IMG/VR virus record: IMGVR_UViG_3300049846_001482
Source of the DNA: an uncultured virus (IMG/VR IMGVR_UViG_3300049846_001482)
Taxonomy: Duplodnaviria > Heunggongvirae > Uroviricota > Caudoviricetes
Length of the DNA stretch: 64,000 nucleotides
Strand: one strand, 5' to 3'
The position numbers and the translations under genes were made by a program. This document shows positions 18,218 through 28,880 of this stretch, piece by piece. Within the stretch, counting starts at the first letter, position 1. Every line of letters starts with the position of its first letter. The notes beneath the pieces were generated by a model, which searched no databases, was not told where the DNA came from, and saw nothing but the letters and a program-made list of their open reading frames with translations.

Positions 18218-19426
18218 TTAGATGAGAGAAACGATCTTCTGCCACGACTCTGTAGCCGAACCGAACCGCTTGTTGGAACCGATGATCTTGCCGACCTTGC
18301 CGCCGATGGTGTAGATGAGCTTGCGGCAGTACTTCTCAGGGTCGTCCTTGATGTTCTTGGGCCAGACGAGCTTGCCACCCTGGTCCACCAGCTTCTTGTG
18401 CATCACGCCCAAGAAGACGGACATGACGAAGGTCTTCTCGGAGATGCCAGGGATCACCTTGTCGATGAAGACCAGATGCTTCTTGCGGGGAGAGAGTTCA
18501 CGCTTCTTGGGCTTGACTTCCTTGGTTTCCTTGCCCACGGGGATCCTCTTCATCAGATGAGGATGGCTCTCGCTGAACACGTCAGCCATGTAGAGATGGA
18601 TGTAGTCGTAGATCTGGAACATCAGAGCCACGGTCTCCTTCGGGAATCGCTTGGCGTATTCCTTCTGGTTCATGGCGAAGATGTCGAGGAGGGGCTGACG
18701 GCGGTTGTAGACGCCATTGAGGCTGTCCTTGAAGGACGGGTCTCCAGCCACAGTCAGGATGGCCATGTCCTCGACCTTGAACTTCGTGTCGGGCTGGTTC
18801 TCCATGACTTCGATGTAGCCCTTCTCGAATGGAACAGGGCAGGCCTTCTTGAACATGTCGAAGAGATGGTCGAAGTTCATGAGGGTCTTGTCCTTGGGGG
18901 AGCGGTTGCTGTTGAGACCCTTGGAGATGGCCTTGAGCAGCGTGGGCTCGTAGTTCTCGTAGACGAAGACGTTGATGGTGTGGTGGCCACGCAGGATGTT
19001 GTTGGCACCGGCGTCAAGGATGGAGAGATGGCGATGACCACCGTCCATGATGGACTCCACCTTGAGGCTCATGCGGCCGTCCTTGATGGAGACAGAACCC
19101 ACCCAATGCACAGGATGGCTGACTTCCGAGAAGTTGACCTTCTCGCTCGAAAGGGTCTCCAAGATGTCGTTGGTGATGTTGCCACGGCGCTGGAACTGGC
19201 GGGGGTTCATGTCCAGCGAGATGAACTTCATGGGGTAGTGCTTGGCGATGTTGAACTTGATGAGGTGAAGGCGGGAAGATCCTTCCTTTTCCCAGACCAC
19301 ATGCTTCGTGGAGTCCAGAGGAAGGTCGATGATGGTGTCTCCGCCACTGAGGCGGTCCAGGGTGTCGAAGTTGGTCTTGACCATCACCGCTTTCTTAGCG
19401 GTCTTTTCCTTGATTGCCGTAGCCAT
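18218..19426 (-). CDS. AIPR-like (ParB-fold) protein
   Basis: DMNPR, SIMDGGHR, ISKGLNSN motifs resemble the AIPR NPR..DGGH/NGxQ..N pattern. Confidence 0.55.
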   Translation of the reverse strand: MATAIKEKTAKKAVMVKTNFDTLDRLSGGDTIIDLPLDSTKHVVWEKEGSSRLHLIKFNIAKHYPMKFISLDMNPRQFQRRGNITNDILETLSSEKVNFSEVSHPVHWVGSVSIKDGRMSLKVESIMDGGHRHLSILDAGANNILRGHHTINVFVYENYEPTLLKAISKGLNSNRSPKDKTLMNFDHLFDMFKKACPVPFEKGYIEVMENQPDTKFKVEDMAILTVAGDPSFKDSLNGVYNRRQPLLDIFAMNQKEYAKRFPKETVALMFQIYDYIHLYMADVFSESHPHLMKRIPVGKETKEVKPKKRELSPRKKHLVFIDKVIPGISEKTFVMSVFLGVMHKKLVDQGGKLVWPKNIKDDPEKYCRKLIYTIGGKVGKIIGSNKRFGSATESWQKIVSLI

Positions 19427-19462
19427 AGATGTCTCCAGAGATGGAAGGTGAAAACTGGAGAC

Positions 19463-19491
19463 AATCTAGCAGAAGTGGTAATTACTGTCAA
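19463..19491 (-). promoter_or_regulatory. sigma70-type promoter for the AIPR-like/nuclease pair
   Basis: TTGACA-N17-TAGATT with TG extension. Confidence 0.7.
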
Positions 19492-20123
19492 GACAATTCT
19501 GCGGGTTTATATTTTTTGAAGACAGCCAGCAGTCTTTTCCTCTGTTTTCCGAACTTTGAGACAGGAAAACCGAACTCATCTTTGAACCACTTTTTGTCGG
19601 GTTCCATCAAATATGCATGGGTTTCATCAAGCCAAACTGATGGATGATACCCACCCATTTGCTTGAATTGGTCATAGAAAATCTTCAAGTCCATCGTCTT
19701 CAATATCTTCTTTACCTCTCTTCTGTAGGCTGGATTGACATAGAAGAGAGCATGGGCAACCTCATGTCGTAAGTCGCCATTCTTAAACGTCCCGATGACG
19801 TAGAATCTGCCCTCCTCATTCTTTGTGAGGTCTAGAAAAATCTTTTCGAACTTTGTGAGAGGGTCAAACTTTCCTAAAACAAAAGGCTTCAAGATCCTCG
19901 AAGGGATGTTGAAGCCAGTCCAGTCTTTGTAGTAGGTAAACTTCTTGCTTTTCTTCTCTTTCTTATACCACTTCTTGAACTCAGCTATCGTAAATATCTT
20001 TCCTCTAAACTCTGGCGACTCAAAGTGTTCCTGGAACCTCATGAAGAATCTGGTCAGGTCTTTTTGTCTTTTGAATTTCAGATGGATGATATTTGGAGCT
20101 AAGTATATCTTTTTGAATTTCAT
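19488..20123 (-). CDS. HExxH-containing hypothetical protein (paralog of 63057..63671)
   Basis: LRHEVAHALFY..YRREV..DETHAY. Confidence 0.7.
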   Translation of the reverse strand: MKFKKIYLAPNIIHLKFKRQKDLTRFFMRFQEHFESPEFRGKIFTIAEFKKWYKKEKKSKKFTYYKDWTGFNIPSRILKPFVLGKFDPLTKFEKIFLDLTKNEEGRFYVIGTFKNGDLRHEVAHALFYVNPAYRREVKKILKTMDLKIFYDQFKQMGGYHPSVWLDETHAYLMEPDKKWFKDEFGFPVSKFGKQRKRLLAVFKKYKPAELS

Positions 20124-20772
20124 ATCAAAAAGTCTCTTTCAGTGAAAGGCTTTTCGGGTGGCTCATCGGACTTGAGTATCGATGGATCAACGGGAGTAAA
20201 GTCCTCCACGAATCTTTCAAGGGGACTATCCATGACACTGCTTTCGAAGCCCTCATAATGCCAGTAGATGGTGTCGTTGTAGGTGTTGACGTGAGAGATG
20301 ACAACGTTGCCTCGCTGGATCTTTACGAGTCTCCAAACCTGTCCTTTCTTTATCTGATCAATCTTTATTGCCATAACCTTTTAGACGCTCGAATTGCCGT
20401 TAAGTTTCTGTGTTTCTAGTCACCAAGTGATCTTGAACTTGGGCCAATAGCCAAAGAACTCCCAGAAGCTATGATATGGTGAAGGTGTGCCTCCCACCCA
20501 AGCAATTGTCATGCTGGTATTTTCTGCAGACCCAGTAGCCCAATTGCCAACTTGAAAATCAAGCCTCTGTAGCTCTCTAGCCAACCAATAGCCGTCATTG
20601 TAGTACTTATCTTTCATTCTGAGGAAAACATGCTTCTTGCCACTTTTGGCAGCTTCCCCTATTTTGGTAAGAATTTCACACAATAGCTGGCGGCGGTATT
20701 TCAATAACTGACTCTTGGTGGGAGCAGCAGCAAGCGGCATCATTTTCCTGACCTCAGAAGCCATCAACAGCA

Positions 20773-21039
20773 TCACGCCCTCTTAGCAATCCATTTGACG
20801 AAGTTGGCAACCTTTTCGTCTGCCATCAACTTCTCTTTGGTATTGAAGTTCTTTCCCAACTCCTTCTCGGAGTGGAACTTATGGATATTGGTGTGGCAGT
20901 CCTCACAAAGACTGATCAGCCGACTACGCATCTCTGCTTTAGTGAAGTTCTTCTCAAACCATTTGGTTGAGTGCAGAGTTCGGGGTATCAGATGGTGCTC
21001 TGTTACCGGCTTTTCACGAAGACACAGTTCGCATGCCAT
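20773..21039 (-). CDS. small HNH-family protein
   Basis: CELC..HHLIP..LCEDCH..IH. Confidence 0.8.
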   Translation of the reverse strand: MACELCLREKPVTEHHLIPRTLHSTKWFEKNFTKAEMRSRLISLCEDCHTNIHKFHSEKELGKNFNTKEKLMADEKVANFVKWIAKRA

Positions 21040-21040
21040 A

Positions 21041-21283
21041 TCAGGTCCACAGCTTTCTTAGTTTGAACCAACCCAGTTCAAAGAAGAAGTAGAGAAACAT
21101 CTTTACGCAGAAGTCTATCCAGAACATCTTCTGCGAAAGACCTAGAGATCCAGTCAATACATACACCAACCATGCCGTAACTAGAGAAGAGATTATCCTC
21201 AAGATGATGGTCTTGGTGACAATCTCTTTGGTGCTCAACATGTATTTGTGTTTGTAGTGTTCCTTTATCTCGGCAACCTTCAT
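21041..21283 (-). CDS. small membrane protein (DUF2061-like)
   Basis: [25 protein letters not shown]. Confidence 0.6.
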   Translation of the reverse strand: MKVAEIKEHYKHKYMLSTKEIVTKTIILRIISSLVTAWLVYVLTGSLGLSQKMFWIDFCVKMFLYFFFELGWFKLRKLWT

Positions 21284-22098
21284 ACTGCAACTTCGGCCTT
21301 TATCAGCGGGTGAGGGTCATATCCAACTAGGTTGAAGTCCTCGAACTTGAATCCGAAGATGTCCCGGACCTCTGGATTGATCTCCACCCTTGGAAGAGCC
21401 TTGAAATCTCTGGTCAACTGCAAATTGACCTGCTCAATGTGGTTCTTGTAGATGTGGACATCGCCAAAAGTGTGAACGAACTCACCTGGCTTCAATCCAA
21501 CCACCTGAGCCACCATCTGTAGCAGCAGAGCATAGGAGGCAATATTGAATGGCACTCCCAAAAAGACATCGGCGCTGCGCTGATAGAGTTGGCAGTCCAA
21601 GAACTCGTTCTTTCTGACATTGAACTGGAACAAACAATGGCAAGGAGGCAACTTCATCTTGGGGATGTCAACTGGATTCCAAGCCGAGACGATATGCCTA
21701 CGTCCATTGGGGTTCTTTTTTAGACCATCAATGAGGTCTTTGATTTGGTCTACTCCATCACAATTGCCATATCCAACTGGCATCTCGTGCTCGCCAAACC
21801 TTCTCCATTGAAACCCATAGACAGGTCCAAGATTGCCATCTTCATCAGCCCACTCATCCCAAATCCGCACCCCGTTGTCCTTGAGGTACTTGATGTTGGT
21901 GTCGCCTTGTAGGAACCAAAGCAGCTCATGGACAATGGACTTGAAATGGACCTTTTTGGTCGTCAGAAGAGGAAACCCATCTTGCAGATTGAACCTCAAC
22001 TGCCGACCAAAGACACCAATAGTGCCTACGCCAGTCCTGTCAGCCCTTTCGTCTCCGTTGGCAAGGATGTCTCGCAAGAGATCGTGGTACTGCTTCAT
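21280..22098 (-). CDS. thyA: thymidylate synthase
   Basis: [42 protein letters not shown]. Confidence 0.98.
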   Translation of the reverse strand: MKQYHDLLRDILANGDERADRTGVGTIGVFGRQLRFNLQDGFPLLTTKKVHFKSIVHELLWFLQGDTNIKYLKDNGVRIWDEWADEDGNLGPVYGFQWRRFGEHEMPVGYGNCDGVDQIKDLIDGLKKNPNGRRHIVSAWNPVDIPKMKLPPCHCLFQFNVRKNEFLDCQLYQRSADVFLGVPFNIASYALLLQMVAQVVGLKPGEFVHTFGDVHIYKNHIEQVNLQLTRDFKALPRVEINPEVRDIFGFKFEDFNLVGYDPHPLIKAEVAV

Positions 22099-22107
22099 GA
22101 AAGCCTC

Positions 22108-22347
22108 TTAGAGAACTTCGGTGTAGGGAAGCTTCATTGGCTTGAAGACTGTATTGAGGTAGGTGCCTTTTGAGGGAGCAGCCAAAAACTCCTCATAGAT
22201 TGACTTGTCAACGTTGGCATACTCATACCTCTTACCGTTCTTCCAGGTAATGATGAGAGTATTGTCCTTGTCACGATATGAAATGTCAGCAATGTGGGAT
22301 GAATCCACTGCTACGGCTTCCTTGATTATCTTTCTGTAGTCTTTCAT
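22108..22347 (-). CDS. KTSC domain protein
   Basis: VDSSHI..Y..YEY.NV..Y.EFLAAPSKG.Y.N. Confidence 0.85.
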   Translation of the reverse strand: MKDYRKIIKEAVAVDSSHIADISYRDKDNTLIITWKNGKRYEYANVDKSIYEEFLAAPSKGTYLNTVFKPMKLPYTEVL

Positions 22348-23294
22348 TGTTTTTCTCCTTTGGGTGGCTTCTCAGCGTACTTGTCAAAAAAGTAGCCTGG
22401 AAACCAAATCTCTTTTTCCTTGACTTCATTGTTTGAAGATAGAACCTCACACAGAACATCATCTTGCTGTATTTCCTTTATCTTGACCCTTAGACCATTG
22501 AAGACGCTATCGGCTCTAAAAGTCCTTTCGTCTCCCACCTTGTAGTCATGCCAGTTCCTATCCAAAACGGCAATCGTCTCTTCCTTGAGGGCCTTGAGTT
22601 GTGTGAAACCATCTGGCTCAAAATACTCAAAGTCCAGACACTCCTTCAACTTCTTGCCGTTAGGAAGTTCCCAATAGCCCCAACGAGGATATCTATTGAT
22701 TATGCCCTCAGTGATCTTACTCAGGTCCAGGTACTCCAATTTCCACGAACTGTCGTCTCCCCAGACACATCCACTGATGAAGCCAAATTGACCCACAGTG
22801 TTTTCTTCAAGTTTATCCCAAGCCTCGTCCTCTTCTTTGTCGTTCTCTCTCATGCGGTCTGCGGTTTCCTTGCCATGCCTCTTTTCCATGTCGGCATAAT
22901 GCTCTTCAGACCTGAAACCCTTGATGAACTCATCCAGCTTTCCTTCTTTGGTCATCAAAGCCCTAAGGTTGCTTTGGCTAAGAGTCTCTGCATCTGGAAC
23001 ATAGTAGCCCGTAGGACAAAAACCATAGGCATCTCCCTTCTCCGTGGCAATCATCTTACAGTCAGGCAGGGACATGACAGAGGTGCAAGTGTAGTCGCTG
23101 GAGTAGAGAGCATACCACTTGCCCTTTTGCTTGAAAGCAAAGAAGGTGTCGTACATGCTACTGTATTTGCGCTCGTAACTGCCAACCTGCTTCTCGGTGC
23201 CGTCATCAGCAACCTCAAAGACGCCGACTTGCAGATAGTTCCAGCAACCTGGCTTTGTTGGCTTCTGCTCTAAGACCTTGGCGATGTAATTCAT
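22344..23294 (-). CDS. hypothetical phage protein
   Basis: 316-aa ORF with ATGA overlaps. Confidence 0.75.
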   Translation of the reverse strand: MNYIAKVLEQKPTKPGCWNYLQVGVFEVADDGTEKQVGSYERKYSSMYDTFFAFKQKGKWYALYSSDYTCTSVMSLPDCKMIATEKGDAYGFCPTGYYVPDAETLSQSNLRALMTKEGKLDEFIKGFRSEEHYADMEKRHGKETADRMRENDKEEDEAWDKLEENTVGQFGFISGCVWGDDSSWKLEYLDLSKITEGIINRYPRWGYWELPNGKKLKECLDFEYFEPDGFTQLKALKEETIAVLDRNWHDYKVGDERTFRADSVFNGLRVKIKEIQQDDVLCEVLSSNNEVKEKEIWFPGYFFDKYAEKPPKGEKQ

Positions 23295-23860
23295 CGGTCT
23301 CTTCTCATTTCTAGTGGAGGGGGAACTGGCTCTCGTCCGTCAATCGCATCAAGAACCTGTTGCTGTACCTCTGGCGACAGAAGAAGGTCGCCATTCTCAG
23401 CAACACCAGGCCTTGTCACATGTCTATCTATTTCCAGTTCAAGAAACTCGTTGGTCGTGATTGCCCGCATAATGGCATCAAAAGTTTCCCGACAGAACTT
23501 TCCATCGGGAAGGTCACGACCTCTAGTATGGCTTTCGCCCCTGAGAGGTCTTACTCTTGTGCAACTGCATCCGAGGTAATCGTTTTCTCCGCCACCCTCA
23601 GATTTGATGCTGGCCGATATCCTGTAGCGGTGCTCTCCTAGATAAATTGTAAACCAAAAGGAGTGAGCCGCTGGTTCGGTTGACCCAAGCCTAAAACTCC
23701 AAGGCTCCGAACTAAGGTAATCAGACCAGTTCCTCTTGACTCCACCATAAGAGAAATACTCGTCAAGCCAAGATATCAAATCTTTCCTTCTTGCCTCATC
23801 CCTCTCTTCTAGGCTTAACCTCTTGGGGATGAGGTTCATCAAGAAGTTCATCTTCTTCAC
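23291..23860 (-). CDS. hypothetical phage protein
   Basis: 189-aa ORF coupled to neighbours. Confidence 0.7.
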   Translation of the reverse strand: MKKMNFLMNLIPKRLSLEERDEARRKDLISWLDEYFSYGGVKRNWSDYLSSEPWSFRLGSTEPAAHSFWFTIYLGEHRYRISASIKSEGGGENDYLGCSCTRVRPLRGESHTRGRDLPDGKFCRETFDAIMRAITTNEFLELEIDRHVTRPGVAENGDLLLSPEVQQQVLDAIDGREPVPPPLEMRRDR

Positions 23861-24372
23861 TTGCTCACCAAGAAGAAAACGTCATCGGCAACAGTCTGTG
23901 GGTCTGCATTTCCATCGACCGATCTACTATCTTCAAGGTAAGAGCCTATTCTCTGCCAATAAACAAAGGGAACCGCCAGCCATATTGGCAGTCTCATGAA
24001 GGGCAAAGCCCTCTTGTCTCTCTCTTTGGCATTGAACCTCTTGATGAGGTTCCAAGGAGAAACCCTGATGAAGATGGTTTGTCCGCTGCGATTGATATAG
24101 TCCTTGTTCAACTTGTTCAGATAGGTTCGTCCGCCAGTTGAAACAATACAGTCACCCTTAGAACCAGACGCTATCAGAGCCTCATACTCCAGAGCGTGAA
24201 ACTTCTCTGGATCTGTTGATATCAGTTCTCTAAAGTTGATAGCATATTTTTCCTTGATATAGTCATCTGTATCAAAGAAGGCATAACCCATCTTCTCGGC
24301 TAAAATCCTGCCGATAGTGGATTTGCCCGAACAAGCCATACCTATGAGGAAAACTCTATCTCCCATCCCCAA
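23857..24372 (-). CDS. aroK: shikimate kinase-like protein
   Basis: FLIGMACSGKSTIGRILA, FFDTD, F.ALE, VSTGG. Confidence 0.8.
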   Translation of the reverse strand: MGMGDRVFLIGMACSGKSTIGRILAEKMGYAFFDTDDYIKEKYAINFRELISTDPEKFHALEYEALIASGSKGDCIVSTGGRTYLNKLNKDYINRSGQTIFIRVSPWNLIKRFNAKERDKRALPFMRLPIWLAVPFVYWQRIGSYLEDSRSVDGNADPQTVADDVFFLVSK

Positions 24373-24899
24373 TGACCTCTTCGGTATACGTGCATTCGTA
24401 ACAGGTATATTCGTAGTAATTCCAGTCTTTTAGGGACCATATCTTGTAAGTGCCAAACCAGTCATTGCCATCGTAAATACCTCGACCAACGAAGGTCTTT
24501 ACAATTACTCCATTTTTATAAAAGGTGGTCTTCTTTGTCTTGTACATAGAAGCACACCCGAAAAGTGACACAAATAAAGCTATGGCAATGAACCTTTTCA
24601 TTAGTTGACTCCTATTTGACCAGTCTTTTTGAATTCGTCTCTTAGAGCTTGGATTTTTGCATGGATATTGCATGAATAGCCGTACATGATGTCACAAGAA
24701 CAGGCATCTGATTCAATCTGGTCAATGAGGGCAAAGATCTTGTCCCTATCAAGCAGCGTCATGGGTTTGAAGACAAGGCTCTCTGAGGCTATCTGATTGG
24801 CATAGCCCAACTTAGCCATTCTAACCATCCACTCGTAGTCGTGACGGCAAAGGCTGGAGTAGTGTCCGCAGACTGAACAGATTGGATCTCCAGTAGCCA

Positions 24900-25097
24900 T
24901 TAGCCCCTCTTTTTCCTGACGAGATGTTTGTGTTTCTCAATAAACGACTTGAGTGACGCATCAACTACATCATCAAGGGTTCGCCTTGTGTTGACGCAGT
25001 ACCGCAGCAACTCAAAGTAGGAGTCGTCATCCAAGTCGAAGGTCACTAGAACCTTATCGTCTGGCTTTGGTTTTGGCTTTCGTGTCTTTTTTGGCAT
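24900..25097 (-). CDS. small ribbon-helix-helix-like protein
   Basis: VTFDLDDD..ELLRYC..TLDDVVDASL. Confidence 0.5.
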   Translation of the reverse strand: MPKKTRKPKPKPDDKVLVTFDLDDDSYFELLRYCVNTRRTLDDVVDASLKSFIEKHKHLVRKKRG

Positions 25098-25561
25098 TTT
25101 CTCTCCTCTCTTTTCTAACTACCTTTTCCACAGAAATCTTGACTTTGACAATGCCACATTGATCGTGGCCTGGCTCGTTGTCCTTGAGGTCTTTGACGCT
25201 CTTATAGACTCTGCTACCACCCAGCGCCTCGCCAAGCTCCCAGTCAAAATCGATCTGACACATGTAGCCGTAACGTGCCTTCATTTCTTTTCCTCACAAA
25301 TAGGAACCACAGTCCTTCTCTCGTTGATGACTACTTCAAAGCCTTCTGCCCCGAAGTATTTGTTCACCAACTTCACCTTTTCTGACACAGAACCACTTGC
25401 AGAATATTCACTCGAAGCGCACTTATAGCCCTGTGCAACGAACTTCGGGTGGTCTATCTCAATGCGAGTGCCGTCAGAAAATCTAATATACCACTTCTCA
25501 GACGGCCTTGAGGATATGTTGATCTCACAGCCAGTCAACAGCATAAGAAGCAGCAGATATC

Positions 25562-25993
25562 TCACGACACAGGCTCCTTTTCCAGAGACTTCAAAGCATC
25601 TCTCCATTCGCTAGTCCTTTGTCCGCTTGTCCAAGGTGTGTTTCCAGTCTTGTGAGAGAACCAGGCCACCACCCCATCCCACCCATAGTCCAGATAGAGG
25701 TTTCGAATTTTCTCAACCTCTTCAAGACTCACGCCCTCACCGTCAGCAGCAGGGCCAAAAACATCATTGAGACAAACCCACATCTCAATCTTGTCATCAT
25801 CAAGATTTAGAGATAGAACATCTTTTTCGAGCAGATACGCCACATCGTCTCTTTGGGGCTTTGGGAGAGACCTGATCCACTCAATGATGCGAATCCTGTT
25901 CTTGCTTATTTTTAGCAAGACGCCAGTATCACTGCAGTTGTCCTCAGCTTGTCCGTAGATTGCAAGCATGAGTTCTGGAGAGATGTCGCTCAT
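25562..25993 (-). CDS. hypothetical phage protein
   Basis: 143-aa ORF; NDVFG..DGE motif. Confidence 0.65.
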   Translation of the reverse strand: MSDISPELMLAIYGQAEDNCSDTGVLLKISKNRIRIIEWIRSLPKPQRDDVAYLLEKDVLSLNLDDDKIEMWVCLNDVFGPAADGEGVSLEEVEKIRNLYLDYGWDGVVAWFSHKTGNTPWTSGQRTSEWRDALKSLEKEPVS

Positions 25994-26446
25994 CTAAATC
26001 TCGTAGATGGTGACTGGGATACCCTCTTCGTCCGAAACCTTGACGATGATCTTCTTAATCTTCTGCCAATCACCACCAGCAAGACCGGCCCCTATCTTGG
26101 GAAGGGCAAGGCTCTTGAGTTTGTTCTCTTTCATGTGCTTGAAGACGTTCTTCAAGCCCATCTCAAAGCCCACATATTGAAAATGGTCGATCCCCCTTGG
26201 TAGGAAATCGACCTGAGTGTAGATGTTGTAGATTTGTTTGCCACCAGCTTGGGTGGTTGAGAACATGCCAATCTTGTTGCGACCAGCAGCCTTGTCAAAG
26301 TCAATGTCGGCCGCATAGACGGCTGGCCATTTTGCTCTTAGAGCCTTGGCAACACCGCTACCCATTGTCTTGCGGCAGTTGCAACCATGACCAATGGCGT
26401 CCTCAGTGGCTTGAAGCAGGTCGCCTTTAACAACATTGATGCTCAT
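25994..26446 (-). CDS. macro domain protein (ADP-ribose processing)
   Basis: VKGDLL, HGCNC..MGSGVA, YN.YTQ, PKIGAGLAGGDW. Confidence 0.92.
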   Translation of the reverse strand: MSINVVKGDLLQATEDAIGHGCNCRKTMGSGVAKALRAKWPAVYAADIDFDKAAGRNKIGMFSTTQAGGKQIYNIYTQVDFLPRGIDHFQYVGFEMGLKNVFKHMKENKLKSLALPKIGAGLAGGDWQKIKKIIVKVSDEEGIPVTIYEI

Positions 26447-27149
26447 AACAGTGTTCCTTTCCCTGTGAAGTACCTGAATCCCCGTTCCCACCCCATGCGT
26501 TCAAACTCACGAGCCACAACTAAAGCAAACCTCTTGTCTGCAAAATTGTGTTTGTTTTTCCAGTCTGGATAAAAGAGACATCTCGTGTCAAACTCCTCAT
26601 CACTCTTTAACTGGAGGACATCTGACTCTTTGATCTCTATATCCATTGCCTTGAAGTACCTGGCGGGACCATCATTGATGATCCACATGTAGGCGTTGTT
26701 CCCAAAGAAGTCCCTAAGGGTCCGCCTAAACAGAAGCTCATCGTTTTCAAGATAGAACTCCCAGGTACCATCACCGCATTGTTCACCAGGGATGTATTTT
26801 GCTCTCTTGATGAACACGACAGCCCTTTCTAGACTTCTATTTCTCTGGAGAGGATTTCACACCGAGTTCCATCCCCTATGAATGAAGCAACAATCTCATC
26901 TTCCTTGAATCTTTTGGTTAGATTATCGATATGAGAGTTGATAGAGTAAATTCCTTCCTTCGTCTTATATGGCTCCTGAGATTTTGTTTTTGTCAACGAG
27001 TTCACAACATCATTTCTAGTTGGTTTGTGTAGGTACTCGTATCCAAAAGCCAAAGACGCCATCGCTGGAGTGTTGTCAAACAAAGCCCCACCTAAGGAGA
27101 CAATCCACAGGCTTTTCGTTTTGACATTTTCCACTTCAACCTCTAAAAT

Positions 27150-27225
27150 TGGAGCCGACTGCCAGGATCGAACTGGCGACATCCGAATTACAAATTCGGT
27201 GCTCTACCAACTGAGCTAAGTCGGC
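27150..27225 (-). tRNA. tRNA-Thr(TGT)
   Basis: Cloverleaf; CCGAA-TTTGTAA-TTCGG; CCA. Confidence 0.95.
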
Positions 27226-27585
27226 GTTAGACTAATCGGTAAATCTCGTACTTGCGGTCCTTATGGTCGCTTGTTCTCTTTACATAGTCAAGCACTTCTT
27301 TTGCCTCTTCAATCGTGCCATTGAAGACTGTCTGATTGTGAACGGTGTAGGCTGCTATTTCACCGTTATCCCACCTAAAACCAATGACATAGGCAATCTT
27401 GTTCATTAGATCTCCGTTTTCACGTTTTCTTCTATCAGCGAATGCATCTCTTTCAGGGCTGCACGATACCCATCGAAGTAGGGGTCATTTGGAAACTTGT
27501 CCTTAAACCCGTCTTCGTAGAACTTGATGATGGCCAAAACTTGTTTTTTGACCTCTTTTGGATCTCTAGGGGTTGACATCAACCC

Positions 27586-27945
27586 TCACTTTAAAGCAGA
27601 GGCAATCCATTCTCCAAAGGGGCGATGGAATGCATGGTTGTTCGGAAGAACTCCCAAGATATTCGCAGCTCCAGTTGGATTCATGGAGTGAACAACCACT
27701 TGAGTACTGTGGTTGACGCCATGAACTATCTCTTTGGCAACAGCATATCCCGTATTGGGGTCATCACTGCTTACCATCGACCTATTTCCTAGATCGTGAT
27801 CCAAGAAGATGACATCATACTTGACGTTCTTTAGAAGTGGATGTGCCGTCTCTGCATCCTCGACGTAAGTGACATCGTGATTTGCCAACCACTTCTTAAA
27901 GCTCGCAATTCTCTCTTGGCTGTCTTCTAGAACAAAGATTTTCAG
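27586..27945 (-). CDS. cyclic-phosphate processing receiver-domain protein (probable CTG start)
   Basis: (M)KIFVLEDSQERI..FLDHDLG..TGYAVA..VHSMNPTGA. Confidence 0.8.
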   Translation of the reverse strand: MKIFVLEDSQERIASFKKWLANHDVTYVEDAETAHPLLKNVKYDVIFLDHDLGNRSMVSSDDPNTGYAVAKEIVHGVNHSTQVVVHSMNPTGAANILGVLPNNHAFHRPFGEWIASALK

Positions 27946-28466
27946 AGCATTCTCCTGAAGAACGTATCATATGGGACCATTGCTACGTCTGGGTTGCGTC
28001 TGGCATTTCTGAACTTCACGCTTTCGGATGCCGTTTGTTCTGGGTTGAAGACAAGGATTTGGGCTCTGGCAGGATTGTTGTTGTAGGTGTAACCATTGTC
28101 TTCGAGAATGGAGATCAACTCGCTGCGTGAACGTGGTCCTATGCCAGTCATGCAGACAATCGCTGGGGGTAGAAGCCTGCGATTGATGGGTGAAAGGTTT
28201 CTGCGGCGAGTGGTCCTGCGCCTTCTAGGTCTTGGCTGGGTGACTTCCATGACCACATTGGCCAAAATGTCGAGGTCGCCAGTCTGCCTAGTCCTTTCAC
28301 GTTCCATGATGTTGAGAGCGGCATCCCTGATGGTTCTTGATGCCTCATCGTTTCCATTGACAATGTTACGGGGTAGAGCCTTGCTCAATTTTCCTTTTGC
28401 CTTCGGTTTCTCAACCTTAGGTGCTTTTTCCTTGATCTGCTTTGCAACAAACGCATGACGGTTCAT
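27942..28466 (-). CDS. hypothetical protein with C-terminal BRCT-like domain
   Basis: Start MNRHAFVA; VCMTG..SRSEL..ILE.NG..AR..V.Y.TF. Confidence 0.55.
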   Translation of the reverse strand: MNRHAFVAKQIKEKAPKVEKPKAKGKLSKALPRNIVNGNDEASRTIRDAALNIMERERTRQTGDLDILANVVMEVTQPRPRRRRTTRRRNLSPINRRLLPPAIVCMTGIGPRSRSELISILEDNGYTYNNNPARAQILVFNPEQTASESVKFRNARRNPDVAMVPYDTFFRRML

Positions 28467-28513
28467 TTTAACATCCTCACATGATTCACATTTGGTATTA
28501 CATTTTAGAAAAC

Positions 28514-28591
28514 TGGTACACCCTACAGGATTTGAACCTGTGACCTCTCCCATGTCAAGGGAGCGCTCTAACCGGGCTGAGCTAAGGGTGC
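28514..28591 (-). tRNA. tRNA-Val(GAC)
   Basis: Cloverleaf; CTCCC-TTGACAT-GGGAG; CCA. Confidence 0.95.
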
Positions 28592-28803
28592 GTGTTAGGA
28601 GGAATGGTGGTTTCCTCCAAATAGTCGCAATCTTCCTCTTTGTTCAGGCAGAAAAGCCCGAAGTAGGAGTCGTGATAGATGGCCATGTGCCACGTTCCAT
28701 AGAGGGTCTGCTTGCCACACTTTGGGCAAACCTTGTCTTTGACCTCACCCTCACCGTTGATACCGTCCCTGAATGCCGTCATGACCCAATCCCAGAATGT
28801 ATT

Positions 28804-28879
28804 TGGAGCTGTGAGCCGGGATTGAACCGGCGACCTCAGTCTTACCAAGACTGTGCTCTACCAACTGAGCTATCACAGC
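28804..28879 (-). tRNA. tRNA-Thr(GGT)
   Basis: Cloverleaf; CAGTC-TTGGTAA-GACTG; CCA. Confidence 0.95.
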
Positions 28880-28880
28880 G

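Noticed and set aside
17621..19519. 632-aa plus-strand ORF and similar long antisense ORFs (8526..9512, 11741..13285, 15127..16218, 33285..34613)
   Set aside because: Shadow frames opposite minus-strand genes with strong codon bias; no recognisable motifs.
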